64,000 nt of DNA from Acidimicrobiia bacterium. GTDB lineage: Bacteria > Actinomycetota > Acidimicrobiia > Spongiisociales > UBA5794. The translations under genes were made by a program, and so were the position numbers. Positions 9,692 through 17,788 of this stretch are shown here, piece by piece. Under the pieces are notes generated by a model that did no database searches, was not told the origin of the DNA, and saw only the letters and a list, made by a program, of their open reading frames with translations. How positions within the stretch are numbered: the first letter of the stretch is position 1; each line of letters starts with the position of its first letter. The stretch lies in NCBI GenBank assembly GCA_030066875.1, contig JASJAS010000007.1, forward strand, positions 10,744-74,743, given 5' to 3'.

Positions 9692-10290
9692 CTCCCAGGG
9701 TCAAGGACGTGATTGACCACTGGTACACCAACGTGACCGGACGTGTGAAGATCAACGATCGAAACACTCGCCGGCAGCACATTGACCCGGTGGATCAGGT
9801 CAAGCGGCATACCCAGGTAGTAGGCCAGCACAACACGGATGACGTCGGCATGGCTGCCGACCGCCACGGCTTTGTCGCGATGCAGAGTGGCCAGGCGTTC
9901 CACGGCGGCAACCGCACGCCATTGGACTTCGCTGAGAGTCTCCCCTTCAGGGAACCGAAAGCGCGCCGGCGAGGCCATGAGCTGGCCCCAGGCCTTCAGT
10001 TTGTACGCTGAACGAAGCGGCCGCCCCAACCAGGTCCCGTAGTCGGCCTCCATGAACTCTCGCAGCGTTCGCAGGCGGAGACCCCGAGCTGTAGCAAGGG
10101 GGGCTACGGTCTGCCGACACCGTTGCGGCGGGCTCGTGTACACCGCCGCCAGCTCTACCGACGCCAAATGCTCGGCCAAGGCTGCCGCCATTGCTACGCC
10201 TTCTGATGAGAGCGGAATAGCGGGATCGGCGCTGGAGAGGCGCTTGCCGGTCTCGGCGGTCACCGCATGACGGATGAGGTAGAGGCGCAT
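9682..10290 (-). CDS. histidine phosphatase family protein (MSMEG_4193-type putative phosphomutase)
   Basis: RLYLIRHAVT (RHG-type motif) at the N-terminus. Its 3' end overlaps the DUF3090 start by 10 nt. Confidence 0.8.
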   Translation of the reverse strand: MRLYLIRHAVTAETGKRLSSADPAIPLSSEGVAMAAALAEHLASVELAAVYTSPPQRCRQTVAPLATARGLRLRTLREFMEADYGTWLGRPLRSAYKLKAWGQLMASPARFRFPEGETLSEVQWRAVAAVERLATLHRDKAVAVGSHADVIRVVLAYYLGMPLDLIHRVNVLPASVSIVDLHTSGHVGVPVVNHVLDPGRWG

Positions 10291-10335
10291 CGGAGCAGGT
10301 TACATCGCGCCTCTGTCTCTCTTGACGCGACGAAT

Positions 10336-10536
10336 TCAGGCCGCGCTTGCCCCGCGCACCAGGCGAGCGGGGAGACGGATGATCGCCTCCAGCAACTCGA
10401 ACACGCCGCGAACGGAGATGCCGACGAGCCGGAAGGGGATGCTCAACAGCCATACCAGCGGGTACAGCACTAATACGGCCAGCGCCAGCGGCCAGGCTAC
10501 GACCGCAAGCAGCAGCCACAGCAGGAAACTCAACAT
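10336..10536 (-). CDS. small hydrophobic membrane protein (66 aa), hypothetical
   Basis: ATG at 10536 sits 7 nt after GGAGG. MLSFLLWLLLAVVAWPLALAVLVLYPLVWLL is predicted membrane-spanning. Confidence 0.45.
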   Translation of the reverse strand: MLSFLLWLLLAVVAWPLALAVLVLYPLVWLLSIPFRLVGISVRGVFELLEAIIRLPARLVRGASAA

Positions 10537-10819
10537 GATCGGACCTCCCCGGGCACTCCGTCGTCTGCAGCTCTTCGACAACCGGCGAGTCGCCGGCGCC
10601 CGGTACTGGGGACGAGGGCAGCAGCTTCCATTGGAGCTCCTCGCACAGGGCAACGAGCCGCCCGCCCAATCCCGAAAGCAGGATGGCGGCGGTGATGGCG
10701 CTGGCCGTCAGGATCGGTGTCGATACCAATCCGGCGGTTGCGCCCCACTCGATCTGCTGAAGAAGAAACTCCATGACTCGATTCTGCGTCGCCGGCCCTG
10801 CTACGGCTATCGGGAGTAC

Positions 10820-10860
10820 CCCTGATTCGACCCTGATCTACCTCAGGGTTTCCCTCAGGT
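10820..10860. promoter_or_regulatory. nested inverted repeat CCCTGA-n5-CCCTGA-n6-TCAGGG-n6-TCAGGT
   Basis: Hexamers at 10820, 10831, 10843 and 10855, with near-common dyad centres (10839.5 inner pair, 10840 outer pair). Located in a divergent intergenic region. Confidence 0.35.
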
Positions 10861-10874
10861 GACCCCCCCCTTTG

Positions 10875-10922
10875 GTTCTTGCGTAACTGGCGGCCTATAT
10901 GAGCCGTGGTTTGCGCAAGAAC
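10875..10922 (+). repeat. 48-nt nested-hairpin element, copy 1
   Basis: GTTCTTGCGTAACTGGCGGCCTATATGAGCCGTGGTTTGCGCAAGAAC. It matches 48409-48456 at 46 of 48 positions. Confidence 0.75.
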
Positions 10923-10979
10923 AGAAGGGGGAGGCGAAAGCCGGATAACCTCCGTGGGACGCGGACAAGGTGGTTGTTG

Positions 10980-11831
10980 GTGAAGTACTGCATTGATCTC
11001 CCCAACTTCGGTGCGTGGTCCGATCCGAGGAAGTTCGCCGAGTTCGCCAAGCAGATCGAGGACGCCGGTTGGGACGGTGTCTCGGTGTGGGATCACATCC
11101 TGGTGTGGGACGGTGCCGAAGTGGCCGACCCATGGGTATTGCTCGCGGCTGCGGCAATGAACACAGAGCAGATTCGGTTGATGACGATGGTCACCCCGAT
11201 TCCGCGCCGCCACCCGTGGAAGCTGTCGCGAGAGTGCGTAAGCCTCGACCTACTCAGCGAAGGCAGGCTCACGCTTGGCGTTGGCATCGGCTGGCCTACC
11301 GACCCCGAGTTCACCCGCTTCAAGGGAGAAACCGACGTGAGAACCCGGGCGGAGATGCTCGACGAAGGCCTCGAGATTCTCACCGGGTTGTGGACCGGTG
11401 AGCCGTTCGGCTACTCCGGTAAGCACTACGAGTTGGAAGAGGTCACTTTCCTACCCCGACCGGTTCAACAACCGCGAATCCCGATCTGGGTGGCGGCCAT
11501 GTGGCCAAAGAAACGCCCGGTCAGGCGGGCAGCGAATTGGGATGGCATCGCTCCGATCCTGGTCTTCGACCCAGACAGCGACCGTATTGACCCCTTGACT
11601 CCCGAGATCGCTCGAGGGATATCGGGCTACATCGCCGAGCATCGTATCTCCGAAGATCACTTCGACTTTGCGGTGGGAGTGCCCACCCCCGACGGTGTCG
11701 ATCTGCCGACATACGTCGCAGAGCTAGCCGACGCCGGCGTTACCTGGTGGCGCGACGGTTGGATCCCGTGGTCGGGCACCACCTACGAGGAGTGGGAAGA
11801 GCGCGTGCTGTCGGGTCCTCCGACGCAGTAG
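10980..11831 (+). CDS. LLM-class (luciferase-like) flavin/F420-dependent oxidoreductase
   Basis: GTG at 10980. MKYCIDLPNFG...AGWDGVSVWDHI and LTLGVGIGW are typical of the LLM family. Confidence 0.8.
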   Translation: MKYCIDLPNFGAWSDPRKFAEFAKQIEDAGWDGVSVWDHILVWDGAEVADPWVLLAAAAMNTEQIRLMTMVTPIPRRHPWKLSRECVSLDLLSEGRLTLGVGIGWPTDPEFTRFKGETDVRTRAEMLDEGLEILTGLWTGEPFGYSGKHYELEEVTFLPRPVQQPRIPIWVAAMWPKKRPVRRAANWDGIAPILVFDPDSDRIDPLTPEIARGISGYIAEHRISEDHFDFAVGVPTPDGVDLPTYVAELADAGVTWWRDGWIPWSGTTYEEWEERVLSGPPTQ

Positions 11832-11868
11832 CCAAGCGAAAGGTTCGCAAGTAACTGCGACGCTTGGC
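11831..11868 (+). terminator. nested hairpin at the LLM gene stop, candidate terminator
   Basis: Outer stem GCCAAGCG/CGCTTGGC (8 bp) with inner stem TCGCA/TGCGA. It begins at the last base of the stop codon. No U-tract follows. Confidence 0.4.
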
Positions 11869-11937
11869 GCACGGAGACACGACGAGACGCATCGCCACGG
11901 AGCCGCCGCGTCCAGTAGCTTCGGGTCGAGGGAGGCT

Positions 11938-14568
11938 GTGGTACGACTCATCGAAACAAAGCTTCAAGCGCCACCGCTTCGCAGGGAGCGCGTGTTCCGC
12001 CATCGTCTATATGACCATCTGATTCATTCCGAGGGCCGGATAGTGCTCGTGTCGGCCCCGCCTGGTTTCGGCAAGTCGACTTTCGTCGTGGAGTGGCTCG
12101 AAGCCAGCAAGCGCCCGTTTGCCTGGTACTCCCTCGATCGATTCGACAGCGACTCGGTTCTGTTCGGCGAGTATCTGGGTGCGGCACTCTCCCGCCTCAC
12201 CCATCGCCCGAGCGGCCTTCGCAGCGCATTCGGAGAGCCAGCACTCGACGCTAGATCGTTGATTTCCACGTTGATCGATGATCTCGCTGATGCCCCCGCT
12301 GGGTCCTCACTCGTTCTCGACGATTACCACTCCGTTGACGGCGTTGAGATTCACGAAGCGGTCGCCTACCTGATCGAACATATGCCGCTGCATGTGAATC
12401 TCGTGATAGTCACGCGTGCCGACCCGCCACTTCCACTTGCGCGGCTGCGGGCAACGGGACGGCTAGTCGACATCAGAGCCGACCACCTTCGTTTCAACGC
12501 AAACGAAGTTGGCGAATACTTCCGGCAGAGCCTCGGAGTTGAGCTTTCGTCGGAAGAGACAAACGTACTGGCCGAGCGGTCTGAAGGGTGGATCGCCGCC
12601 CTGCAGCTGATCTCGCTCGGAAGCGGGCGGGTAGCGGGTTCAGACCTCGTTGATGCGTTATCTGCTGATCACAAGCACATCTCGAGTTACTTGATCGAGG
12701 AGGTGGTGAGCCGGCTTCCTCCCGAGCTCGCTCAATTCCTCTTGGAGACGTCGGTTCTCGATCGCTTCGACGCGGAATTGTGCCGAGCCGTCACAGGTGT
12801 CGCCGAGCCGGCCGATCTCATCGAGGAGCTCGAGCGACGAAACGCGTTCCTGATACCACTGACAGAACGCGCCAGCGGCTGGTACCGGTATCACCACCTG
12901 TTCGCCGAGCTGCTTCGGTCACAGTTGAGGCGAACCAATCCCGGCAATGACGCCGTGTTGCTCACGACCGCGGCCAGACATTGCGACCGGCGAGGGCTCC
13001 CCGATGACGGGATCGAGTACGCGTTGCGCGCCGGCGATCTGGCAATTGCAGCCGCCATCACTGACCGGCACGCCGCCTCCCAACTTGCGATCGGCGGCAT
13101 CGGTCGGTTGCGCGCCTGGCTCAATCAGTTCCCGGTCCCCGCCGGACCGGCGACCGCTGTCGTGACCCTGGGCTGGGCGTGGTGTCGGATCTTTGAAGGG
13201 AACGCAGCCACCGCGTACGAACTGCTGGACCAGGTCGAGGCGAACTACCTAGACGAGTTTCCGATCGACATACGTGGCCAGCTGGAGATCATGCGGTCGA
13301 TGACGGCATTCCAGGCCGGAGAGCCCGAGGCGGCGGAGGGATACGCTCGCAATGGACTCAGCAAGCTCCCGCCTGGCTCGCAGTACATGGAGTGCCTCGG
13401 GCACCTGTATGTAGGCCGGTCGCTGTATGCCAGGTCACTCTGGGACGAGGCCCGGATCCACCTACGGCACGCCGCCAATCTCGCGGATCGAGGGAATCTC
13501 TTTGCGGCGGTCACCGCGCTGTTCTGGCTCGGGGCCACCGAGGGGGACACGGGCGATCTACCGGAATGTGAGCAGGCGATGGCGCGTGCTCAGGAGTTGA
13601 GCGCCGCCAGCGACCGCGATCCGGATCTTGCCCCGGCATCCGGAATCGCAGACGTCGGTATGGCCTACGTGCGGCTCAACCAGATGGATATCACAGACGC
13701 TATTGAGCTCGCCCAACGCGGGACCGAGCTGCTGGAGCGAACCACCTTTGCCGAGATGGTGTTTCGGGCGTACTTCGTCTGGGCGGAAGCGCTCTCCCTC
13801 GCCGGCCGCTTCGACGAGGCCGACTCGGTTGCCGAAGCGGGCAATGCATGGCTGCGTGGCCGCCACATGAGCGGAGGACCTCTCGAAGCGTGGCTCTGGA
13901 TGTCGCAGTCGCGCAACGCCACCCGCCAGGGTCGGTATGGCCTTGCTGAGCGCCTCCTCGGCAAGGTGCACAGGACCGGCCTTGGCGGCTCTGCCGACGT
14001 CGAAACAATTGGTTTCTTCGAGGCGGCCGCCCTCCTCAGCCTGGCGATGCGGAGGGGGGACGTCAAGGAGAGTCGCCGCCTCTTTGCGGATCTACCACCG
14101 CTCGTTGCCGGATACGTACCGTTCGAGATCGAGCGCCTTGTGTTGACAGCAGGCATGCACGAGCTTCGCGGTCAGCGCAGAGACGCAGTCACGGCCCTCG
14201 AGCAAGCGATCGATCTGGCGACCTGTGGTTTCCGATACCAATTCAGCCACATCGGACCGGTCATCCGGCCGGTCCTTGCCCGGATGGTGGGTCGCACGCC
14301 AAACCGTGAGTTCGTTCAATCCCTGTTGGACCGAATACCGCCCGCTCCGGGCAGTCGTCCAGACCGGCCCGTCGAGAAGTTGACCCCGCGCGAGCTCGAC
14401 GTGCTCAAGGAGATCGCCGCCGGATACACGAACGCGGACATCGCGGAACGACTGTTCATCTCGCACGGCACTGTGAAGAGGCATACCGCCAACATCTACA
14501 TGAAGCTGGGTGTGCACCACCGCGCCGAGGCGGCCGCTCGGGCCAGAGAGCTGGACCTGCTCAACTGA
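11938..14568 (+). CDS. LuxR-family transcriptional regulator, large ATP-binding (LAL/MalT-like) type
   Basis: GTG follows GGGAGG. Walker A VSAPPGFGKST, a long helical/TPR-like middle region, and a C-terminal LuxR HTH (LTPRELDVLKEIAAGYTNADIAERLFISHGTVKRH). Confidence 0.9.
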   Translation: MVRLIETKLQAPPLRRERVFRHRLYDHLIHSEGRIVLVSAPPGFGKSTFVVEWLEASKRPFAWYSLDRFDSDSVLFGEYLGAALSRLTHRPSGLRSAFGEPALDARSLISTLIDDLADAPAGSSLVLDDYHSVDGVEIHEAVAYLIEHMPLHVNLVIVTRADPPLPLARLRATGRLVDIRADHLRFNANEVGEYFRQSLGVELSSEETNVLAERSEGWIAALQLISLGSGRVAGSDLVDALSADHKHISSYLIEEVVSRLPPELAQFLLETSVLDRFDAELCRAVTGVAEPADLIEELERRNAFLIPLTERASGWYRYHHLFAELLRSQLRRTNPGNDAVLLTTAARHCDRRGLPDDGIEYALRAGDLAIAAAITDRHAASQLAIGGIGRLRAWLNQFPVPAGPATAVVTLGWAWCRIFEGNAATAYELLDQVEANYLDEFPIDIRGQLEIMRSMTAFQAGEPEAAEGYARNGLSKLPPGSQYMECLGHLYVGRSLYARSLWDEARIHLRHAANLADRGNLFAAVTALFWLGATEGDTGDLPECEQAMARAQELSAASDRDPDLAPASGIADVGMAYVRLNQMDITDAIELAQRGTELLERTTFAEMVFRAYFVWAEALSLAGRFDEADSVAEAGNAWLRGRHMSGGPLEAWLWMSQSRNATRQGRYGLAERLLGKVHRTGLGGSADVETIGFFEAAALLSLAMRRGDVKESRRLFADLPPLVAGYVPFEIERLVLTAGMHELRGQRRDAVTALEQAIDLATCGFRYQFSHIGPVIRPVLARMVGRTPNREFVQSLLDRIPPAPGSRPDRPVEKLTPRELDVLKEIAAGYTNADIAERLFISHGTVKRHTANIYMKLGVHHRAEAAARARELDLLN

Positions 14569-14585
14569 AATACACCTCGGGGTAC

Positions 14586-14858
14586 ATGACCCGGGCAGCC
14601 GCGGCACTTACGTTGCCGCCCATGGAGGGTTCAGCAGCGGGCGGCACGTACGAAATTCTCGTCGGCGCAACGCTCGACGAAGACTGGGCAGTCTGGTTTG
14701 ACGGGTTCGAGGTCCGGTCAGAGGGTCCGGTGACCGTAGTCCGGGGAGATGTCATCGACCAAGCCGGACTTCATGGCTTGTTAGCTCGATTCCGCGATCT
14801 CGGGATCCCCTTGCTCGACGTGCACCGTGTGGACCTGAAGGAAGGGAAGGACAAATGA
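14586..14858 (+). CDS. hypothetical small protein (about 80-90 aa)
   Basis: GC3-rich frame. Its stop overlaps the next start (ATGA). No motif recognised, and the start is uncertain. Confidence 0.45.
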   Translation: MTRAAAALTLPPMEGSAAGGTYEILVGATLDEDWAVWFDGFEVRSEGPVTVVRGDVIDQAGLHGLLARFRDLGIPLLDVHRVDLKEGKDK

Positions 14859-15178
14859 CCACATATGCCGAACGGCCGAAGGAAATGAAGACACTGAAGA
14901 CTCTGGTCGCACTTGCGGTGGCGGCAACCGCCATCGCAACCGTGGCAGGGATCTGGTTCTGGATTGCCGATCCGGCCGTGGGAACCACCCTTTACGACAC
15001 TCTGGGACCGGTGGCAGCGTTCAGCGGCATCGCCGCCGGCGTCCTATTCGCAGGAGCCGCCATCTGGGCCCAGATCAAGGACCTCTGGCAATACATACCC
15101 TCATGGGTTCGTGTAACGGTGATGACGCTCGTCGCCATTGGGCTCATCCGCGCGATCGTCAGCTGGGCGCAGGCATGA
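14855..15178 (+). CDS. hypothetical membrane protein (107 aa, about 3 TM segments)
   Basis: SD-like GAAGGGAAGGA upstream. Hydrophobic segments present. ATGA overlaps on both sides. Confidence 0.55.
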   Translation: MTTYAERPKEMKTLKTLVALAVAATAIATVAGIWFWIADPAVGTTLYDTLGPVAAFSGIAAGVLFAGAAIWAQIKDLWQYIPSWVRVTVMTLVAIGLIRAIVSWAQA

Positions 15179-16089
15179 ACCGCCGTCACGTCGTGTTCGG
15201 CGCCAGCGGAGGTATCGGCAGTGCAGTAATCCGCGAACTGGCACGGCAGGGACGAGAGGTTGTGGGGGTCAACCGCAGTGGCAATGCCATCCTTCCGGAA
15301 GGGATCCGCGTCGAAGTAGCAGATGCTGCCAGGCTGGATGACGTCCGGCGCGTGATGGAGGGTGCCACTGTCGTTTACCAATGCCTGTTCCCCGCGGTAC
15401 AGGACAACATCATCGAGGTTGCCGCAGAGACAGGTGCCAAGCTGGTCGTGGCGAACAACCTCTACATGTACGACCCCAAGCAGGGCCCAATGTCTGAGAA
15501 GAGCGCACACTCGTACAGCGGGCGCGAAGGCGGCAAGTTCTATGCGGAAATGTCGGAACAAGCTCTGACCGCGCATAGGAATGGCAAGCTCAGAGCGACT
15601 GTTGGGCAGGCTTCAGACATCTACGGCCCCAACGTCCGGCATGGGATCGGAAGCGACCAGGTCTTTGGACCGATCATGGCCGGCAAACCCGCCAACTTCC
15701 TCGGCGACTTGGATATGGCGCATACATACACCTATGCCGACGACTGCGGCAAGGCGCTCGTGACTTTGGCCGATCGCGAGGAAGCGCTCGGCGAAACGTG
15801 GCATCTCCCCAATGCAGCTCCGATCGCCACCCGGGACCTGCTCGGCATGGTATTCACCGAGTTGGGAACCGAGCCTCGCATCCGGGTGGCCAACGGACTG
15901 CTGCTGAGCACACTCGCCCTGTTCAACTCCGACATGCGCCGCCTCAAGCGGGAGAAGGTGTACCAGTTCACCACCCCGTGGCTGGTCGACCACTCGAAGT
16001 ACGAACGAGAATTCGGAGCAGACGTGACCCCGCATGCTGACGCCGTCAAGACGACAGTTGCTTGGTTCAGAGAGCACCCGCCTGGTTAA
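15175..16089 (+). CDS. NAD(P)H-binding NmrA/epimerase-like protein
   Basis: Starts MNRRHVVFGASGGIGSAVIRELARQG (Rossmann motif). About 304 aa. Confidence 0.8.
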   Translation: MNRRHVVFGASGGIGSAVIRELARQGREVVGVNRSGNAILPEGIRVEVADAARLDDVRRVMEGATVVYQCLFPAVQDNIIEVAAETGAKLVVANNLYMYDPKQGPMSEKSAHSYSGREGGKFYAEMSEQALTAHRNGKLRATVGQASDIYGPNVRHGIGSDQVFGPIMAGKPANFLGDLDMAHTYTYADDCGKALVTLADREEALGETWHLPNAAPIATRDLLGMVFTELGTEPRIRVANGLLLSTLALFNSDMRRLKREKVYQFTTPWLVDHSKYEREFGADVTPHADAVKTTVAWFREHPPG

Positions 16090-16118
16090 CTGCTGTTCCC
16101 CGGGAGGAAGGAAGGGAG

Positions 16119-16514
16119 ATGACGACCGATGGACCCGGCGTCAGTCCGTATGACACTCATGTCTCATCGGGCACTCGATTCCTCATCGAGCTGACCGCAT
16201 GGATTGCGGGGCCATGGGCGGCCGGAGATGCCGTTGGCGGGTGGGCCGTGGTGCCGACACTCTTCGTTCTGTTGGCTCTGCCCTCCCTGTTCAACACGCC
16301 CGGTGACAAGAGGACGACAGGCGGTGTCGCCACCCCAGGCCCGATTCGCATAGCGATCGAAATGGTGCTGTTGGCAGCTGCCCTCTGGGGAGCGTGGGCT
16401 GTCTGGCCTGCTTGGCTCGCAGCGGTAGTGACCCTGGCTGGCGCTGTCATGCTCGTCAGTGGCTTTCGACGCTATCGCTGGCTGGCAGCCGGCGCCCCGA
16501 CCCTCGATCGCTAG
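16119..16514 (+). CDS. hypothetical membrane protein (131 aa)
   Basis: ATG follows GGAGGAAGGAAGGGAG. Four hydrophobic segments. Confidence 0.55.
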   Translation: MTTDGPGVSPYDTHVSSGTRFLIELTAWIAGPWAAGDAVGGWAVVPTLFVLLALPSLFNTPGDKRTTGGVATPGPIRIAIEMVLLAAALWGAWAVWPAWLAAVVTLAGAVMLVSGFRRYRWLAAGAPTLDR

Positions 16515-16526
16515 CCGCAGACGGAC

Positions 16527-17657
16527 CTACTCCAGAACGTGGATGCCCTTCTTGGCGCACATGTCCTTGAGGATCTTGGGCCAGACGGTGACCGACACCT
16601 CGCCGAGATGGGCCTTCTTCAGAAGCATCATGTAGGTACGCGACTGGCCGATCCCGCCACCGATCGACAGCGGGATTTCGTCGTTCATAATCGCTTGGTG
16701 ATACGGCAGCTCGAGGAAGTCGAGTTGACCGCTCATAGCCAGTTGGGTGACCAATGTCTCTTTGGTGACCCGCACTCCCATCGAGGTCAACTCATGTCTG
16801 CGCCGCGTCACCGGGTTCCACACGAGGATGTCCCCGTTGAGGCCGTGGGTCGGCTCGCCTGATGCCGAGGTGGTCTCGGTGATCCAATCGTCGTAGTCGG
16901 CCGCGCGCATCTCGTGGGGGTAGCCATCCTTGAGCGGCCACCCGATCCCATAGATGAAGATGGCCGGGTACTGCTGCACGATCCGCGTCTCCCGTTGCTT
17001 GCGAGGCAGATCGGGATACATGTCGAGAATCTCCTCGGCATGAAGGAATGTCAGCTCCTCCGGCAGATTCGGATACTTGGGAGTGTTGAGCTGCGGATAC
17101 ATATCCTGGACGTGCTGCTCCGCCCCAACCAGCACACCCCAGATTCTCTTCACAATGTCGGTGAGGAACTGCAGGTTGCGCTGCTCAGGCGAAACGACTC
17201 GCTCCCAATCCCACTGGTCGACATATGCCGAATGGTCGTGGTCGAGGAAGTAGTCCTTGCGAACCGCCTTCATGTCGGTACAGATGCCTTCGCCAACCTC
17301 CATGCCGAACTGGGCCAGCGCCATCCTCTTCCACTTGGTAGCTGCCTGCACTACCTGAGCGTCGATGGGGTTCTTACCGTGGTCGTTGGAGATGTGAAAC
17401 CCAACCGGGCTGCGGGAGCCGTCACGATCGAGCATGTCGTTGACCCCGCTCAACGAATCAACGATCAGCGGTACTTGCACCATCATCAGGTTGAGCTCTT
17501 TGCACAGGTTCTCTTCGATGTAGGACTTAGCAGCGAAGAGAGCTTGCATCGTCTCCCGCGGTGTCAGCAGCGACTCGTAGTCATCGGGAAGGACCTTTTC
17601 CAGATCGGCGTAGTTGCCGATCCCCGGACCCGCTAGGTCGGCGGCTTTGTCGGTCAT
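16527..17657 (-). CDS. asnA: aspartate--ammonia ligase (asparagine synthetase A)
   Basis: YVDQWDWERV, GLNGDILVWNPV and SIGGGIGQSR line up with E. coli AsnA as I recall it. Start taken at MTDKAAD. Confidence 0.85.
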   Translation of the reverse strand: MTDKAADLAGPGIGNYADLEKVLPDDYESLLTPRETMQALFAAKSYIEENLCKELNLMMVQVPLIVDSLSGVNDMLDRDGSRSPVGFHISNDHGKNPIDAQVVQAATKWKRMALAQFGMEVGEGICTDMKAVRKDYFLDHDHSAYVDQWDWERVVSPEQRNLQFLTDIVKRIWGVLVGAEQHVQDMYPQLNTPKYPNLPEELTFLHAEEILDMYPDLPRKQRETRIVQQYPAIFIYGIGWPLKDGYPHEMRAADYDDWITETTSASGEPTHGLNGDILVWNPVTRRRHELTSMGVRVTKETLVTQLAMSGQLDFLELPYHQAIMNDEIPLSIGGGIGQSRTYMMLLKKAHLGEVSVTVWPKILKDMCAKKGIHVLE

Positions 17658-17788
17658 CTGCGTACCTCCCGGCGATCGACTGCACCAACGTATCAAGGGC
17701 GACCTTCCGGAAACAGGGACCTTCTGCCCTTCCGGTCCCGGTGGTCACCAGCTTGATGTTCATCGACGGCATCGCCATCCTTGAAGCC

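Noticed and set aside
9947-10774. 275-aa ORF spanning the small-protein region and most of the phosphatase gene in another frame.
   Set aside because: Only the first 80 codons or so look coding. The rest overlaps two better-supported genes and reads as Arg/Ser/Gly-rich noise. The N-terminal part is kept as a separate low-interest finding.
10863-10870. C8 homopolymer as a phase-variation tract.
   Set aside because: It is intergenic, not within or immediately at a start codon or the -10/-35 spacer of a defined promoter. Short poly-C runs are unremarkable in GC-rich DNA, and I have no population data.
10875-10922. Possible ZTP (pfl) riboswitch, because of the ACTGGCG string in the 48-nt element.
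   Set aside because: The second sub-domain and its pseudoknot partner (the CCGCCTGGGC-like sequence) are absent. The element is too short, and its second copy sits between convergent gene ends rather than in a 5' leader.
11938-14568. The 876-aa STAND-like NTPase as a possible Avs/NLR-type defence protein.
   Set aside because: The C-terminus is a canonical LuxR HTH and the layout matches MalT/LAL transcription regulators. There is no nuclease or other effector domain, and no defence-island neighbours.
17658-17788. Repeated CCTTCCGG motifs and the TTCCGGAA palindrome between divergent asnA and the aminotransferase gene, as a possible operator.
   Set aside because: There are only two loosely spaced copies, no clear symmetry or phasing, and no resemblance to the GlnR-type boxes. 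Evidence is too weak to report.
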